64,000 nucleotides of DNA from Haplodiscus bocki (taxonomy: Eukaryota): the NCBI GenBank assembly GCA_965655095.1, contig OZ296656.1:16554001-16618000 (forward strand). Direction: 5' to 3'. Below the pieces are notes generated by a model. It had not been told where the DNA came from and searched no databases. It saw only the letters and a program-made list of their open reading frames with translations. The translations under genes and the position numbers were made by a program. Shown here piece by piece: positions 24,960-37,783 of the stretch (position 1 is its first letter; every line of letters starts with the position of its first letter).

Positions 24960-27900
24960 TTCCGACGTCAATTTTCAAGGTTTCTGAAGAAACGTTGAAA
25001 ATTCTTTTGGCTACTTTTTGACGGTATCGCATATTTTTTGAAGATTGAAGTTGCAGCTATTAAGCTAAATGTCATGAGTGATCTTTCTATATTTTGATAA
25101 GATATCCAAAATAACTAATGTGGCCTACTAGTCCAATTTAATTGACTTCAACTGTTTTTGTTTTCTTTTTATTTGCGTGAGCGCAACGAAGGGAACAAGT
25201 GTTTTACGGTCGACTGGTTTTTTTTCTGTCCGGTTTGATCTCAACATAAATGTAACCAACTCTTAACATCAACTACTCGGTACTGCAAAATTTATCCATG
25301 CATTGTCGCATTGTTGCAATTATTTTTCCACCATGACTTCTCCAGCAAGCGTTGTTGCCAGCAAAGTTATTTAGCTAGTGCAGTAGAGAATGAACCAAAA
25401 GTAGGCCATATAACCATGATTTATTTTTTAAGATGGCCAAAATCTTTATTTCTTCATGAAAAGCGTTTCGCGCAATCTTCAAGGATTAGACTGGATTTGT
25501 CTGGAACCAATTCCAATACTTGCACCTCGCGTGTTTTGCGCTGCAGTGGGGCTGGTTTGTTTTGTATAAATTTCCCTTCTATAATATTTTTGTTGACCAG
25601 CAGTTAGATTTTGTTGATACGGCGTTTTCAACTAACCAGTACCCGGTGTTGCTGCCAGGGACCTGTGTTGGTTTTCTGCCATTTCTTACGGCTCAACGTT
25701 AAATTGATAAATCAGCGATGTTTTCACCGTCATCTTGCGTTCAAATTGTTTTTCTGGTGGGCTTGCGCAGTGATTGGGTTGCATTCGTCCGTGATTTATG
25801 CACAAACCCAGTACTAGGAATTTCAGCTGGGGAACTGAGCTAGTGTATTTCTTTTTTTCTTCGAATCATCTTTTCTCAATTGAGGAATCATTGTTTTTCA
25901 TTATCTTTCGTTTTTCTTGATGACTAATGGTTGGATTGCGTCCGTCTGAATTTTTTCAAATGTCTTTCGCGTGGAGTTTCCATCAAGTAGCTGAAGTGGT
26001 GTCTTTCATCTTGTTATTTTGGAATAGCTTTCCTTCAATTGAAAACTCTTGATGTTTTTACAGTCTTCTTTCGTTAAAATTGTCTTTCTTCGAAAACAGT
26101 GATCGGATTTCGCCGTGTTCGTTTTATTCCAGTACCCAGTACCAGGAGTTTGCGCTAAGGATCGGAGGTTGCTCATTTTCGTTCTTCTTTTCCAAAAAAA
26201 TGACTCATTCCGATTCTTTCCGTTGCGTCATTGATCAAACTTTCTTATCTTCAGATATGTAGGTTACATTGGGCCTGCTTAACTTCGACCACACGTTACC
26301 CCGGTGTTCTGATGGTTAGCAGGAATGGTTGTTCTCATTTTTTACGATGATATCTTCCAGGTTGATCTCGAACATTCTTTGATGTTTCAATTTCTGTCGT
26401 TAGTTAAAAGTGTTTTTTATCCTTCACTAGTAGTCAGACTGCATCCATCTATCGATACTTCAGATAATAAATGCGTGACGTTTCTAATGAGTGGGAGGGA
26501 AAATTAATTGTTAATTTTGGCCTTTTTTGAAGTTTTCGCTATTCAAAAATGTAAAATCCCTAGACTTTATTCATTGGCGTCGTTCGTCAAAAGTGCCTTT
26601 TGTTGGAAACTATCAATGGTATTTGTGTCGGCGCGGATTTATTTGAATTTATTTCGAAATCACGCTGTATGAAGGCTTTGCGGAGCGTCAGGGATGTTGC
26701 CTGCTGAAAATCGCCAACCAGAAACATTTTACTTCGGATTGGTAACTTAACGAAGTTTTGATATGCGTCTTTTGACGAATGTGTTTGTCTTGATAGTCTA
26801 TCGTTCAGTCTCCATCTCTTAAGCGCTCGATTGTTTTCCCCTTTGCCTGGAAAATGTATGAAATACGATAGGTAGGTGCTTGAGCACTTTTTTAAATTTT
26901 GCCACTGGGAGGAAATTCAAATTAGTTACACCCTACGACCTTCGTCAAAGGTGCTCTTCTCGGAAAGCTTCAATGTAATTAGGATCATTGCGGCCTCTCG
27001 TGATCGGCAAATAGAGGTTGTGATTCTGATGAGATAGGTTGTGATTCAGAAGAGACTCTTTTTTTATTGCCAATTAGTCGTAATTTCAAAAGAATTTTTT
27101 GTTGCCGTTAGTATTGATTGGACCTTTGGACTTCTCTCACCTGTTGGCTGGACATCAGATCAATAGTCTCGCAGACGTTTTTCCATCCACTTTTTTTCCG
27201 TTACGAAACTTGCAATTAAATTCAGGTATTGTTTATATAACTGCTTAAGGTGGACTTGGAATTTGTTCATGCGCTCTCGCATGGTTTGTTCGCATCGCAA
27301 GTGTTCACGTGGCCTTGCATGCTGAAAAAGCGTTTTTATCTAGTGAGCGAAAATAAGTTGAAAAATTAAATGTACGCAGAATTTGTTCAATTATAGGTAC
27401 AAAATCACGAATTTAGTTACTTCACGAGCTTCTTCGACTGGTGGTCTTTTTCTTGAAGAATGTTTTATGGGTCGTTAGTTGAAAGTGTTTCGCTGGATGA
27501 CTACACATTTGATTGCGTCCCTACTTTCCTTCTTGGAAATTTTGCTAACCACTGGTCCTCTGGAGTGGCAGGGATCAACCTTTTCATGTTTTTGTGACGA
27601 ATATTTTTGAATCAAAATTTGGAGTTAACAATTTTTTTTAGCGTCGTTCGTTTGGATTGTTTTTTTCAAGACTTCTAATCGCGGTGTGTCCGTCGTGTTT
27701 TATTCGAGTTCTTAGTACCTATTGGTCTTCTTGATTGCCATGGATTTACTGTTTCATGTTCTTCTGACGAAAATTGCTGGCATATAATCAGAACTTAAAA
27801 ATAATAAAACTTGTTGTCACTTTTGGCGCCTGTTTTCTCGATGAGTGAGTACCGTTATGTCTATGCAACGGTTATTGTACTAATTAGTTCTCACAGCATT
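24960..27900 (-). mobile_element. Highly decayed LTR-retrotransposon pol remnant (BEL/Pao-like), copy 2
   Basis: Homologous to 12750-14700. Minus-strand traces resemble PGK.RVV, VLGL.W and W.WVP...NP. No intact ORF. Confidence 0.4.
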
Positions 27901-28456
27901 TGAGAAGCAACGCGTATTTTGTACCATGTTCTTCTTCATTGAAATCTGATTTTTTTCTTTTGAAAAAGCCTGTCTTTAATTGGTGGGTTTGTTGAAAATA
28001 ATTGTTTCGAAAACTGTTGTTTCGATTACTTCCTCCCACGGATTATCCAAACACTCACAACTCAAAGCATCTGCGGAGTTGTTTAGTTGGTTCAATTAGT
28101 TCCTTTTGTGCGGATTGTCTTAATTTGTTAAGAGGACGCGAAGCCTCTTTCGACGCCAATAATTGGAAATCAAATCGCCTTTCATAATTTTCACAAGCTG
28201 ACTTCAACTCGAAAGTTTCTTGTTCGACGCTATTTTAACGGAACTTTTTTCAAATTATAGACATCCGGTTTACGTAAATATTTCAAAAAATTCTTGAGTT
28301 TTTATTTTCGCCCGATCTCGTTTGTTAACGTTTTCTTAAGTGCTTGTGAAGCACAGCTTCGTCTCTGTATTCAAATCATTTAATCCTATTTTTCAAAATC
28401 ATTTATTGTGAAAAAAACTTATTGATAAAAATGGTCATGCTGTTGTGTGGTTTAAG

Positions 28457-28645
28457 AAAATAGTAGACATGGCACATGAGCGCGGTCTGGAACGGTATGA
28501 GCCGGAAGACAAGCCTGGTCTGGACCATGACACGCGTCAGGGAATTATGTGGAGAGCCATTGTGGAGGCAGAGCCGGAGATCAAAGCCAGAATTCACATG
28601 CTCAAAAAAGAATTCTTTCACGCTCAAATGACTCTGCTCGAAAAT
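28457..28645 (+). CDS. IFT172: IFT172 coding exon
   Basis: KIVDMAHE...EIKARIHMLKKEFFHAQMTLLEN resembles [22 protein letters not shown]. taag acceptor, gttcgt donor, phase 0/0. Confidence 0.88.
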
Positions 28646-28731
28646 GTTCGTTGAAACGTAATCCGATTATCCCAAGAGAAATTTGAGATTTGGACTATTT
28701 GTATAACCGGGCTGTGTCTGGTCCATTTTAG

Positions 28732-28851
28732 GATCAGTTAGACAAGGCGGTGCAGATGTTTATCACCATCGGAAAATGGGAGCAAGCGCTGCAGTTGGCA
28801 GAAGAGAGAAATCATCCAGACTTAGAAAAACTGAGAAACGAATGCAAAGAT
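28732..28851 (+). CDS. IFT172: IFT172 coding exon (not in the ORF track)
   Basis: DQLDKAVQMFITIGKWEQALQLAEERNHPDLEKLRNECKD resembles GHPALEKLR. Follows an 86-nt intron; tttag acceptor, gttagt donor, phase 0/0. Confidence 0.92.
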
Positions 28852-29390
28852 GTTAGTTGCTCAATTACTCATTCCATTTCACGCATAAGCACGCCTAGTT
28901 TTTTTTAAAACAAAAACATAACCTTTAAACATAAAATGGCAATAATTGGACGGTCAAGACTTTCCTAAATGTCTTAAAAAGCAAAGGGACATTTTGGTTG
29001 CCCACCGTGCCGACTTCTCGGTAACATCTTGTATAACTATAAATTCGATGATTTTTCTTGAAGTTCATGATTTTAGCAGAAACTTTGAAAATATACTAAA
29101 GCATCTAGTTTTTGTGTTCCCAATTATACTAACTGCACTCATTTTCATAAAATTAGTTGTTTCTGCTTTTTAAAATACTCTTGCTACTTATTTCAATCAC
29201 GTAATGCAGTAGTTTTGACATTTTTATGGAGTTTTTCCTCGTTTTTTAACTTAAAAAGCGTCTAAGTCACGTTATAATCCAATAGTGTCGGTTCAATAAT
29301 CGTAAAATAATCGCAAAATCTGTCATTCCAAGATTGATAATATTTGGGGTTAAGACCGACACGGGTTCTATTCGGTTGTTGTTTTTTCAG

Positions 29391-29525
29391 TGGCTGAAGA
29401 AGCATCATCAGCAGGAGAAGATCGCGGCTCTGTACGAGGCAGAGGGGCAATACGAGAGTGCAATATTCGAGTACATCAAAGCTGGCATGCCGTCCAAAGC
29501 CGCGAACCAGATGATGAAACGACAG
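29391..29525 (+). CDS. IFT172: IFT172 coding exon
   Basis: WLKKHHQQEKIAALYEAEGQYESAIFEYIKAGMPSKAANQMMKRQ resembles WLMDTQQEE..YLKAGLPAKAA. tttcag acceptor, gtctat donor. Confidence 0.92.
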
Positions 29526-30487
29526 GTCTATTCTTTGACCCACTTGTAAATTATCACATTGGAGTTATAGGATTCACAATAGAACATGGATCGGGCTCCC
29601 CCCCCCCCCTTCACACGATATTTTTTCAAATTTTCAGTGCAATTTTTTTATAATGGATTATTTTTGGCGTTATTATTCAACATTTCCACAAAATCTGAAA
29701 CAAATCTTCAGAAATCCTGCATTATGTATTCGAAATTCAATTTCAATAAAATTTATGTAATGTGTGGGGAAATTTCAATGGATCCTCAAACTGGAAGTAT
29801 ACTGTAAAGAGCATCGAAAGGTTTTTTTCTAAAACTGGAAATTGCAAAAAAAGTACAAGAAACGAGAGGCAAAGGTTGGTAAGCCTTGGAACGTTAACGA
29901 TAATGCTCCCTAATTCATATTCACGATTGAGCTCGTGTTGGTCGCGATTTGAACTGAAACTCGAGAGTTCAAAGAACGCTGTAATTTTCACGAAATCTCC
30001 CGTTAATATATGTATCTATGAGTGAGAAAAAACTAACATTTGAGGCTCTTCGTATCGAAACAAAAATCAATAGTGCAAAACCATCTGAGTTTAAATATTT
30101 AGGGGAAAAACTTCAGCTTCTTTATTTTGTGATTAACTTGCTTCATTTTGTCTTTTCGTGAATATAAACTTTTGAACAAGATCGTGAGAAAGAGAAACGG
30201 TTTGGCCTGATAATTTTTTCTGCCTTTTATTACCTGATTACAACGTCAAATTGATAAGCTCATGGCATATTTTTTGCTGGAAAGTGCTTTGGAATATCTA
30301 TTTTTGCTGTAACGTAAAATACAAATGTTGATTCAAAAAACTACAATTTTGAGCTCTTGGTTGACAGGCTACTTATAAACTCTAGATGCAGCCAAAATGG
30401 AATTTTAAATTTATCAAAGACGCTTTCTTGTCGATTTTGAGCCAGTTTCTGTGGTATCACCAGGAGCACTCACTTCTGTTTCAACCC

Positions 30488-32083
30488 TCACTCGGCCATT
30501 CTAGAGAGTGGAATCTTTGTCGTTTTTGTACCTTTTGAAACTGAAGCACTGCGTTGTGAAGCAGAATCAGTAGTCTGCGAGCTATATGAACTGGTTTTTG
30601 ATGCTGCTGTACTCTCAGTTGCTTTTTCGTCAGCAGCTTTTGACGTAGCACCACTGAGTCGCGCTTGGACCTTGCTATACTTAGATTTTGCGACTGATTT
30701 CGTGCCTCCGGAAGGTTTATGTGGCAATTTTGACCCTATGGGTTGCTCTCTTGGTCCGCGTTGGGGTTCTTCCTCGACGGGTGGAGGTCTAGTGCCACTG
30801 GGTTGAGGTTTTGCAGTACTTGGTTTTGACCGGACAACAGATTGTGGAGCTCCTGAAGCTTTACGGGGTGTTCCTGAAGCGAATGGTCGCTGCCGTTGTT
30901 CTACATCAGAGCTTTTCCGTTCTGCGAGAGAATGCGCTTCTTCCAGATCGTGTTCCAACTCTGATCCCGGTTTGGATTGTGGGCGTGAAAATTTTTGCTG
31001 GGATGCTTCTTCAGGTTCTGGTTCGGGAGGTTTCGGACTTTCTCGTCCTTTGGGTGCCGGTTTTTGAGGTGGTTGCCGTGGTCCACTTTTGGGTTCTAGT
31101 TCTGACTCTGGAGGTTTTTCTTGTGATCCACCTCTTTGTTGCGTATCCGGACGTTCTTGCCCTGATGCTACTTTAGATTCCGGATCTGTGCTTTTGCGTT
31201 CTGCAAAAGAATGCGGGTCGTTGAGATTGTGCTCCACCTTCGATGCGGGTTTAGATAGTGGGCTCGGATGTCTTTGCTGTGTTGTTTCTTTGGGCTCTGA
31301 TTCTGGAGGACCTTTGGATTCGAGTGTTGGAAGTGCTAGCCGAGGTTTCTCTTTAGGTTCTGGCTCTGAAGTTTTCTTTGATCCGCCTTTAGATTCCGTT
31401 TGAGAAGGTTCTAGAGGTTCATGATCAGGTTCTGACATTGGTTTCTGCTTTGATCCTTTCTTTTCAGCTTCCGAAAATTTCTTGCTTCCTTGTGGCCCTT
31501 TTGCTTCCTTGGGTGCTTTCTTTCTTCCTTTGCCGCCTTTATCTCTCTGAGCATTTCCAGCATTGGCTTCTCCCTCGCCACTTTCATTTTCGAAGTCGTA
31601 GTAGTCATCATCATCGGTGTCTGGAATGTCAATTCCTGGATACTTTTCCTTATCAGGTTTAAAAAGTTCGGGCGAAGGCAGCTGTCTCTTTCTACTGCAC
31701 TTTCGTTTGGGAATCTTGTTGCTCGCATGGTTTTCTTTGCAATGCTTGAGTGCATCCAAGTACAACTGCTTCCAAGCGGCTGTCTGTGACTTCAAACTTT
31801 CATTCTTCGTCTCGATTTCCTTCATCCGTGACTTGCTTTCGTCACTGAGGACACTTTCACCTGCGTCGGCGTCACCAGCGCCGTTGGCCCACTCCTGAAC
31901 TCTGTCCAGAATATCTCGCAATGCTTTCAGCGCCTCACTAGCCCTCTGTTGGCCCTGTATGTTCTCGCTGTCTGCTATTCGTTTCTCGAGGTTGCGAAGT
32001 CTTTGCATCTGTTGCTGGTAGAAGCGATCAACTTCGCGAGCCAAAGCTATGCCATTTTGTTCGGCTTCGGGTGACTTGACATT
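30488..32083 (-). CDS. Nested antisense gene, last coding exon (coiled coil, acidic patch, P/E/K/S-rich disordered tail)
   Basis: The 518-aa ORF extends to a tttcag acceptor at 32084 (NVKSPEAEQNGIALAREV...), phase 0, with TGA at 30488. Coding-like composition. Confidence 0.88.
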   Translation of the reverse strand, partial: NVKSPEAEQNGIALAREVDRFYQQQMQRLRNLEKRIADSENIQGQQRASEALKALRDILDRVQEWANGAGDADAGESVLSDESKSRMKEIETKNESLKSQTAAWKQLYLDALKHCKENHASNKIPKRKCSRKRQLPSPELFKPDKEKYPGIDIPDTDDDDYYDFENESGEGEANAGNAQRDKGGKGRKKAPKEAKGPQGSKKFSEAEKKGSKQKPMSEPDHEPLEPSQTESKGGSKKTSEPEPKEKPRLALPTLESKGPPESEPKETTQQRHPSPLSKPASKVEHNLNDPHSFAERKSTDPESKVASGQERPDTQQRGGSQEKPPESELEPKSGPRQPPQKPAPKGRESPKPPEPEPEEASQQKFSRPQSKPGSELEHDLEEAHSLAERKSSDVEQRQRPFASGTPRKASGAPQSVVRSKPSTAKPQPSGTRPPPVEEEPQRGPREQPIGSKLPHKPSGGTKSVAKSKYSKVQARLSGATSKAADEKATESTAASKTSSYSSQTTDSASQRSASVSKGTKTTKIPLSRMAE

Positions 32084-32972
32084 CTGAAATAATTGGGCAG
32101 TTGAGAAAATAGGTGAGATTCAGAACAAAAAGTTCTACGTGTGATGCTGATGCAGGCTTGCTTGCAACTCGCAGTACGTTTATAAGTAGTTACATGGTTT
32201 CAATGGGTGGCCGATTTAACCATAACATTTGTATTTTTTCACTACTGAAATATTTTTAACGTATACTTGCCAATGGAAACATTTTATCAAATTGCTCCGT
32301 CTTAAGTTTGCATTTTTATTTTCCTCCCATATTTTCAGTAGATGGAAGGAAAATCATTCATTCTACAGTCAAATTTTTTCACATAAAATTTGCCAATGGC
32401 ACGGCGTGCACCTCGAGCTTCGGGAAGGAAGGTTGACATAGCGCTAAATGCAGTGGGTGCGCGTGTGGGAAAGCAAAGGATGCCTGTTGGATTCTAGGAA
32501 GGAACGTAAATTTTTCCAACTTTGAGGACCAAAAATCTCGCCTTATTCAAAAAATGATCTATCTAGTCGAAAGTATTTTTTTTAGGTTTTAAATCGGAAT
32601 TTTTAAAATTTGAGTCAATTTTTCTAAATGGTGAAAAGTACATGATAAACGGATTTTTTTTCGCAAAAATATGATTTTCTAAAGGAAATTTAGTTCCATT
32701 CGATGAAACTATTTGACAGAACTTTGAAAAAAATCGAAAAATTCCTCTTCTTAGTTTTCTCAACACTTTTTTAGAAAATTGATGTGGTAGAAAATATCAC
32801 GGTGGCAGCCGAGCGTCTTGTTGGAAATGTTTGTCAAGAATAGTTATGTTGTTTTTGAGATCAGATCTCAAATGCTACATTTAGGTAAATGTTAAAGCGT
32901 CTGCAAAAACTAGTTTTATTGAACTTTTACCTAGAATAGAAATGTTCCCTAGTGTATCAAGTATGTACGAAC

Positions 32973-33160
32973 CCCTAGATTATTCTTGGCATTGAGAACT
33001 CTATCGTAAATTGAATTGGTGGCTCCCTCAATTTGTCCGAGTTCTCTTTTCATTTGGAAGTCTTTTGTGAAATCCGCATCTTGGTTTGCCAATTCGCGAC
33101 TTAAATTCTCCAGAGCTGCTGAAAGCTCTCTCGAGTTGGCCAAGTTCTTGTCTTTCATGT
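32973..33160 (-). CDS. Nested antisense gene, exon 3 (coiled coil)
   Basis: MKDKNLANSRELSAALENLSRELANQ...NAKNNLG. ttgcag acceptor, gttcgt donor, phase 1/0, matching both neighbouring exons. Confidence 0.85.
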
Positions 33161-35636
33161 CTGCAAAATTTGAATCTCATCTATGAATTGGGTTGAATAA
33201 AGCTAAAAATGTGATGTTTTGCCTATCTTAAAACTGATTGAAACGCTCAAAGTCAGCAATTCTGTTTGTTCAGTAACAGCAGTGATGTACGCTGAAATGA
33301 AAGACTTAATGATCCTTCAAGTTTTTACTATTTTTTGCCACATGTGTTTAAATATGTAACTGAAATTTTTCATTCAGGAGGGTTGTTTTTTTCACTGTAT
33401 TTTCGCCATTCTGAGAGTATTTTTGCTCCAAATGCTTCCATCAAGGCAACAATCGACAATTTCGCATGTGTAGAAATTGCTTCGTTATCGAAGTACTTCT
33501 GTTTAAAAAGCTGGCGTATGCAACAAGGATCAATTCTGCTAGAAGATATTCTAAACTGAAATTCAAACCTAAATTTTTTCAAAACTACCTGCTGATTTCC
33601 ATAAATCAACGTCTCACTCGATTATTGTCACCTTGTGAAAGGGTGTTCATTAAATATTTCTTTTGCTATTTCACCTCTCCAATAGGGGCTTCTTTGACCG
33701 GAATTAGCAAGAACTACATTTACGCATGATTAACTTTGCTTATCAAGCTAATTTTTTTTCGAAACTACAGCCTATAACTATTCCATCAATGTTTCAATCG
33801 ACAGTTTCCTTTTAGCAAAACTTCCTTCAACAACAGCATCTTCGATAAAGGTTCTTGCATCGGAAACTTTATGGAAAGAATTACCCAAAAAGTGCTCATA
33901 CGATTGATTTTTCTGGCAACTCAAACCTAAAGTGCTCCAAAACTACCAGCTACGGTTCTTAATCAGTGTCTCAGTCGACATCTTACTTCTTTTAAATTGC
34001 TACTGGACTGTCTACTTTTTTGTTTTGCTGCGGGGAACGGATACGCGATGCGCGGAAGTTGTCAGTGGGTGCATGTTTGTATCAATCGTCTTAATAAACT
34101 GACTCGATTCTTTTCAAAACGATTCTTTCCAAAACAACCTTCTCGATCCTGCTATCATGGTATCAATTAACAAGTTTCTATCCGCAGAGAATCATTCAGT
34201 CGTAACGTTCCTGGAGAAGGTCTTTGCATATATCGACGTGTAAATGAACAATTTTTCCAATTGTAAAGCAACATTCTTTAATAATTTTCTTGGTAAACGT
34301 TTCTTACGTGGGAACTTTTTGGGACCGAAGACACCAGAAAGTGCAAAACTTCTCGATTTTTCATTTTGTTCTCGAAAACTACTGGCTTTATTTCGTCTAT
34401 CAGGGTATCAATCGAAATTTTTGTTCTCGTAAAAATTTACTTGATTGCCAAGCAATGCATTCAGTTCCTCGCAGCGGAAGTTGTTTTTTTGTTCAACGTG
34501 ATTCAATATCCATATCTACTCTTTCCATTCTTTCTTCTAAAACTTGATAGGCCTAAACTGTCAATACCTTTTTGTATGTATGATCTTCTTTTAGAACCAG
34601 TTTTTTCCAAAGCTACCGGCTGCATTTTTTCATCAACGTGACAAACGACAAGTTTTTAATTTTGAATAGCTTGCAAATGAGAAACCTCAGGAATTTTTTT
34701 TCTCTCAGGGGAAATTTGATTGGCTGCGAAGTCCATGACCAGCCTGCGTATGTGGTTCTTCTTGAGATTCCAGCTCATCCGTCCACAACTATCGACTGCA
34801 CTTGTTTCATCAAGGTAGCAGTGGACATTTCTATTTGTGTAGTTTAATCGATAAGTATATTACGAAATATGTTCCCTGCATTCGTTCTCTCAGGCTGAAA
34901 TTGGTAAAAATGCGGTGATTTGTTGCGGCTTTTCTGTACATTCAAACTCATTTTCTCCGAAAGTACTCGCTGGATTTCCACAATCAAGAACTCCCAAGAT
35001 AGTTTTTTATTTTGAGAAGGTGATTCAGAAAAAAAGCTCGGTATTTTTACTTTGTTTCGGAGGTCTGATAATCGATAATGCGGAGAAATGCAGAAATCAG
35101 TAGTGGAATTGATTTTTGTGGAAAACCGTTAACAACTGGATTCAAAACACTGTTCCGGTTCGTTGTTTTATATACAAAAGTTGATCAAAATTTTCGTAAT
35201 TGGGCGAAAAGTATGCCGGTGCTACCCGGCCGTCTTATTATCATTTAATTGGTTCTGTTCGGTTTTATAAAATTTCGAATCTTCAATTTTTTGCTTTTAA
35301 ACTGTTACTGTATGCGATCAACGCCAGGCTGGAACTTTCCCTTCTAAGATTGCGTCGATTATTAGTTATATTGTTCGTAATTTTCGATCAAAATTACTTG
35401 CATCGTGTTCGTCTACCGGGATTTAGGTCGGCATTTTCTGGCCGATTTTATAGTTGTTGAAAAAGTATAATTATAAGCAGGAGTTATATATACTATATTA
35501 CGTTAGTTTTTAAAATATTTTTTATATATAAAGCAAAAATTTATTTCAATAAAGTAAGAATTAGTTTACCGTGAAAGAAAACAAAAATACTACAGTCGTA
35601 TAATGACCGAAACTTGCTATATCTTGAAAAACTAAC

Positions 35637-35857
35637 TTTGCAGTTTCTTGAGCTGACCCTCAGTGAGTTCTGTGTCTGCTTCTAACTGTTCCACCTTGCT
35701 CTTCATCAGTTCGTCCAGTCTTTTTTGTTGTCTCTCCACGTACTGCTTGATCTCGTTCAACATGCTCACAGCACTTTGGAGACGCTGGTCTGCACCATCG
35801 GTGGCCGTCCCTTCAGTTACAGAAGTTTTCACTGGTTGCGGTGCCGGAGACGGGGCT
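35637..35857 (-). CDS. Nested antisense gene, exon 2 (coiled coil)
   Basis: APSPAPQPVKTSV...LNEIKQYVERQQKRLDELMKSKVEQLE...KKLQ. ttgcag acceptor, gttagt donor, phase 2/1. Confidence 0.85.
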
Positions 35858-37460
35858 CTGCAATACGCTCCAACAAATTTTGTGCAAAAACACGATGTTG
35901 TGAATTACAATTGTAGTTTTGAGCAATTTTAAATTTCAGAAATGTTTTTCAACAATTGATGCGATATTTTGCGTCGGTGGTACGAATTAGAACGCAAGAT
36001 CTCATTCATACAGTTTACAGGGCTGCGCCCACGCGTTCCGATACAGAATTGAGAAAGTACCATTTAGCTGGTAAAAGTTTTCGTTTGTCGCATTGTTATT
36101 TTCCGCCCATATCTAAATATGAAAGGAAAATCATCCACTCAACGCGGACGTTTTTTAACGTTTATTTGCCAATCGAAATTATCCGACCAAATGTCCGATT
36201 TTAAATTTGAAAACTCTCGCATATTTGCAGTAGAATGCGATTGAAATAGTAAGATTTGTCAAATACGTACGAAACTTGGGTTTTTTTGAGAGATTTGGGT
36301 TGAAAAAAAACTTCAGTTTTTTCAAAATCTGTATTGGTAGAAAATTTGCTGCAGAATGCGTATCCAGATATTATGTCTCAAAATGCCTTTTCCGCCTTAA
36401 TTGTGAGTTTTTTTGCAAAAATTTGTGAAGTTTTTTTAATTGAGGTTTTTTAAATTTATAAAATTAGAAAATTTGAAGAGTATTTTTTGGGAAAAAACAC
36501 TTTCATTTTTTTGAAAGGCATCTTTAACTAAATTGGAGGGGGGAAAATATGCCAATGGTAGCCGGTCGGCTTGTTTAGGGATTCCAGACAAAGGCGAAAA
36601 GTCTGGAAAAATGAAGAAAACTTTGAAACAATGAAGGAAGGGCTTTCGTGGGCGCAGCACAAAAGTTACTTGATTTCAACAGTAAAGCCATAAGCTCTAA
36701 TTCGTAACCAATTTTTTTTTTCGGTTTTTCACTTCAAAATGGCGAGGGTGGCGGAAAATCGGGGGGAAACTGTATCATCTGATGTGGATATGGGAGCACC
36801 AAGAAGCAAGGAGTAAGCGAAAAACAATTATTCTGGCTAATCGCGAGAACGTGAACTACTGAAAACCAATGAAATCTGCCAGTTCACCTGGATCAGAAAA
36901 AGGCGAATAGTCACGCCAGTTGTGTGGCTTGTTTATACGCGCACCGACTTCTGAAAAATATTTTTAGGCATTAAGTTGATCAGCCAAAAGCTTATAGATT
37001 TTCGTTTTCGTGCATCTTTCGCCAATCGATTCGTGACTGATCGGCTGAGCGCTAAACTGAAGTACAATATTTTTGATTTACTAGCATTTGTATATACTTT
37101 TTTTTACTTCCAAGAAGTACTTTTTTTCGCTTTGATGTGAATTGAAGTAAGTGAAGGTAGAAAAGAAAAAAATTATCTCGCCTCTCTTCACCGCGTCACT
37201 ATTCACTGTTCGTTTTCAAAAACATGTATCGAAAATTTGTCAATTAAATTCGCATCTTATTTTCTACTTATTCGATACTATCGGTCAACTTTTTTTTTGC
37301 TGAATTCGTTCAATTCCAATTTTTACTGAGCTGAATTCTTAGCGCTAAATGCCTAGACTCCTTAATGCCTATCTTTTTTGTATAAGTGCAAAATGTTATA
37401 AAATTTCATTGGTTCATTAGACTGAAACTTGGGCGTAAAATTTTTTTATAAGTTTGAAAC

Positions 37461-37783
37461 CCTGCCAAGATGACGTTGGGAAGCAGGCTGTGTGATGATT
37501 GAATTGCAAACCTCTTGTTTCTCAAGATGTAAGATACAAGCACAAAAATAACGAATGAAGAGGCTAGTGCCAGTGTGACGCAGTATGAGTCGTTTATGCC
37601 TGAAGAGAATGTTGGGAATGAGAATAAGAATCGTGAAGGTGGAGCCGCGGGCGGTTTGGAGCGAAAGAAGGTGAAGACCAGTCTGAGGAACGATCTCCCT
37701 ACCGTCATAATGGGAGAGTCAGGACTGCAGTATTTGTCCACCATACTGCCACTCTTGCATGCCAGGTCCAAATCATCAGACAT
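37461..37783 (-). CDS. Nested antisense gene, probable first coding exon (contains a transmembrane helix)
   Basis: MSDDLDLACKSG...YCVTLALASSFVIFVLVSYILRNKR...VILA(G). The gg|gtttca donor is phase 2, matching exon 2. The start codon is uncertain; an in-frame ttcag acceptor at 37853 allows further upstream exons. Confidence 0.65.

Noticed and set aside
30811-31898. Several plus-strand ORFs of 74-121 aa
   Set aside because: Shadows of the GC-richer minus-strand exon 30488-32083.
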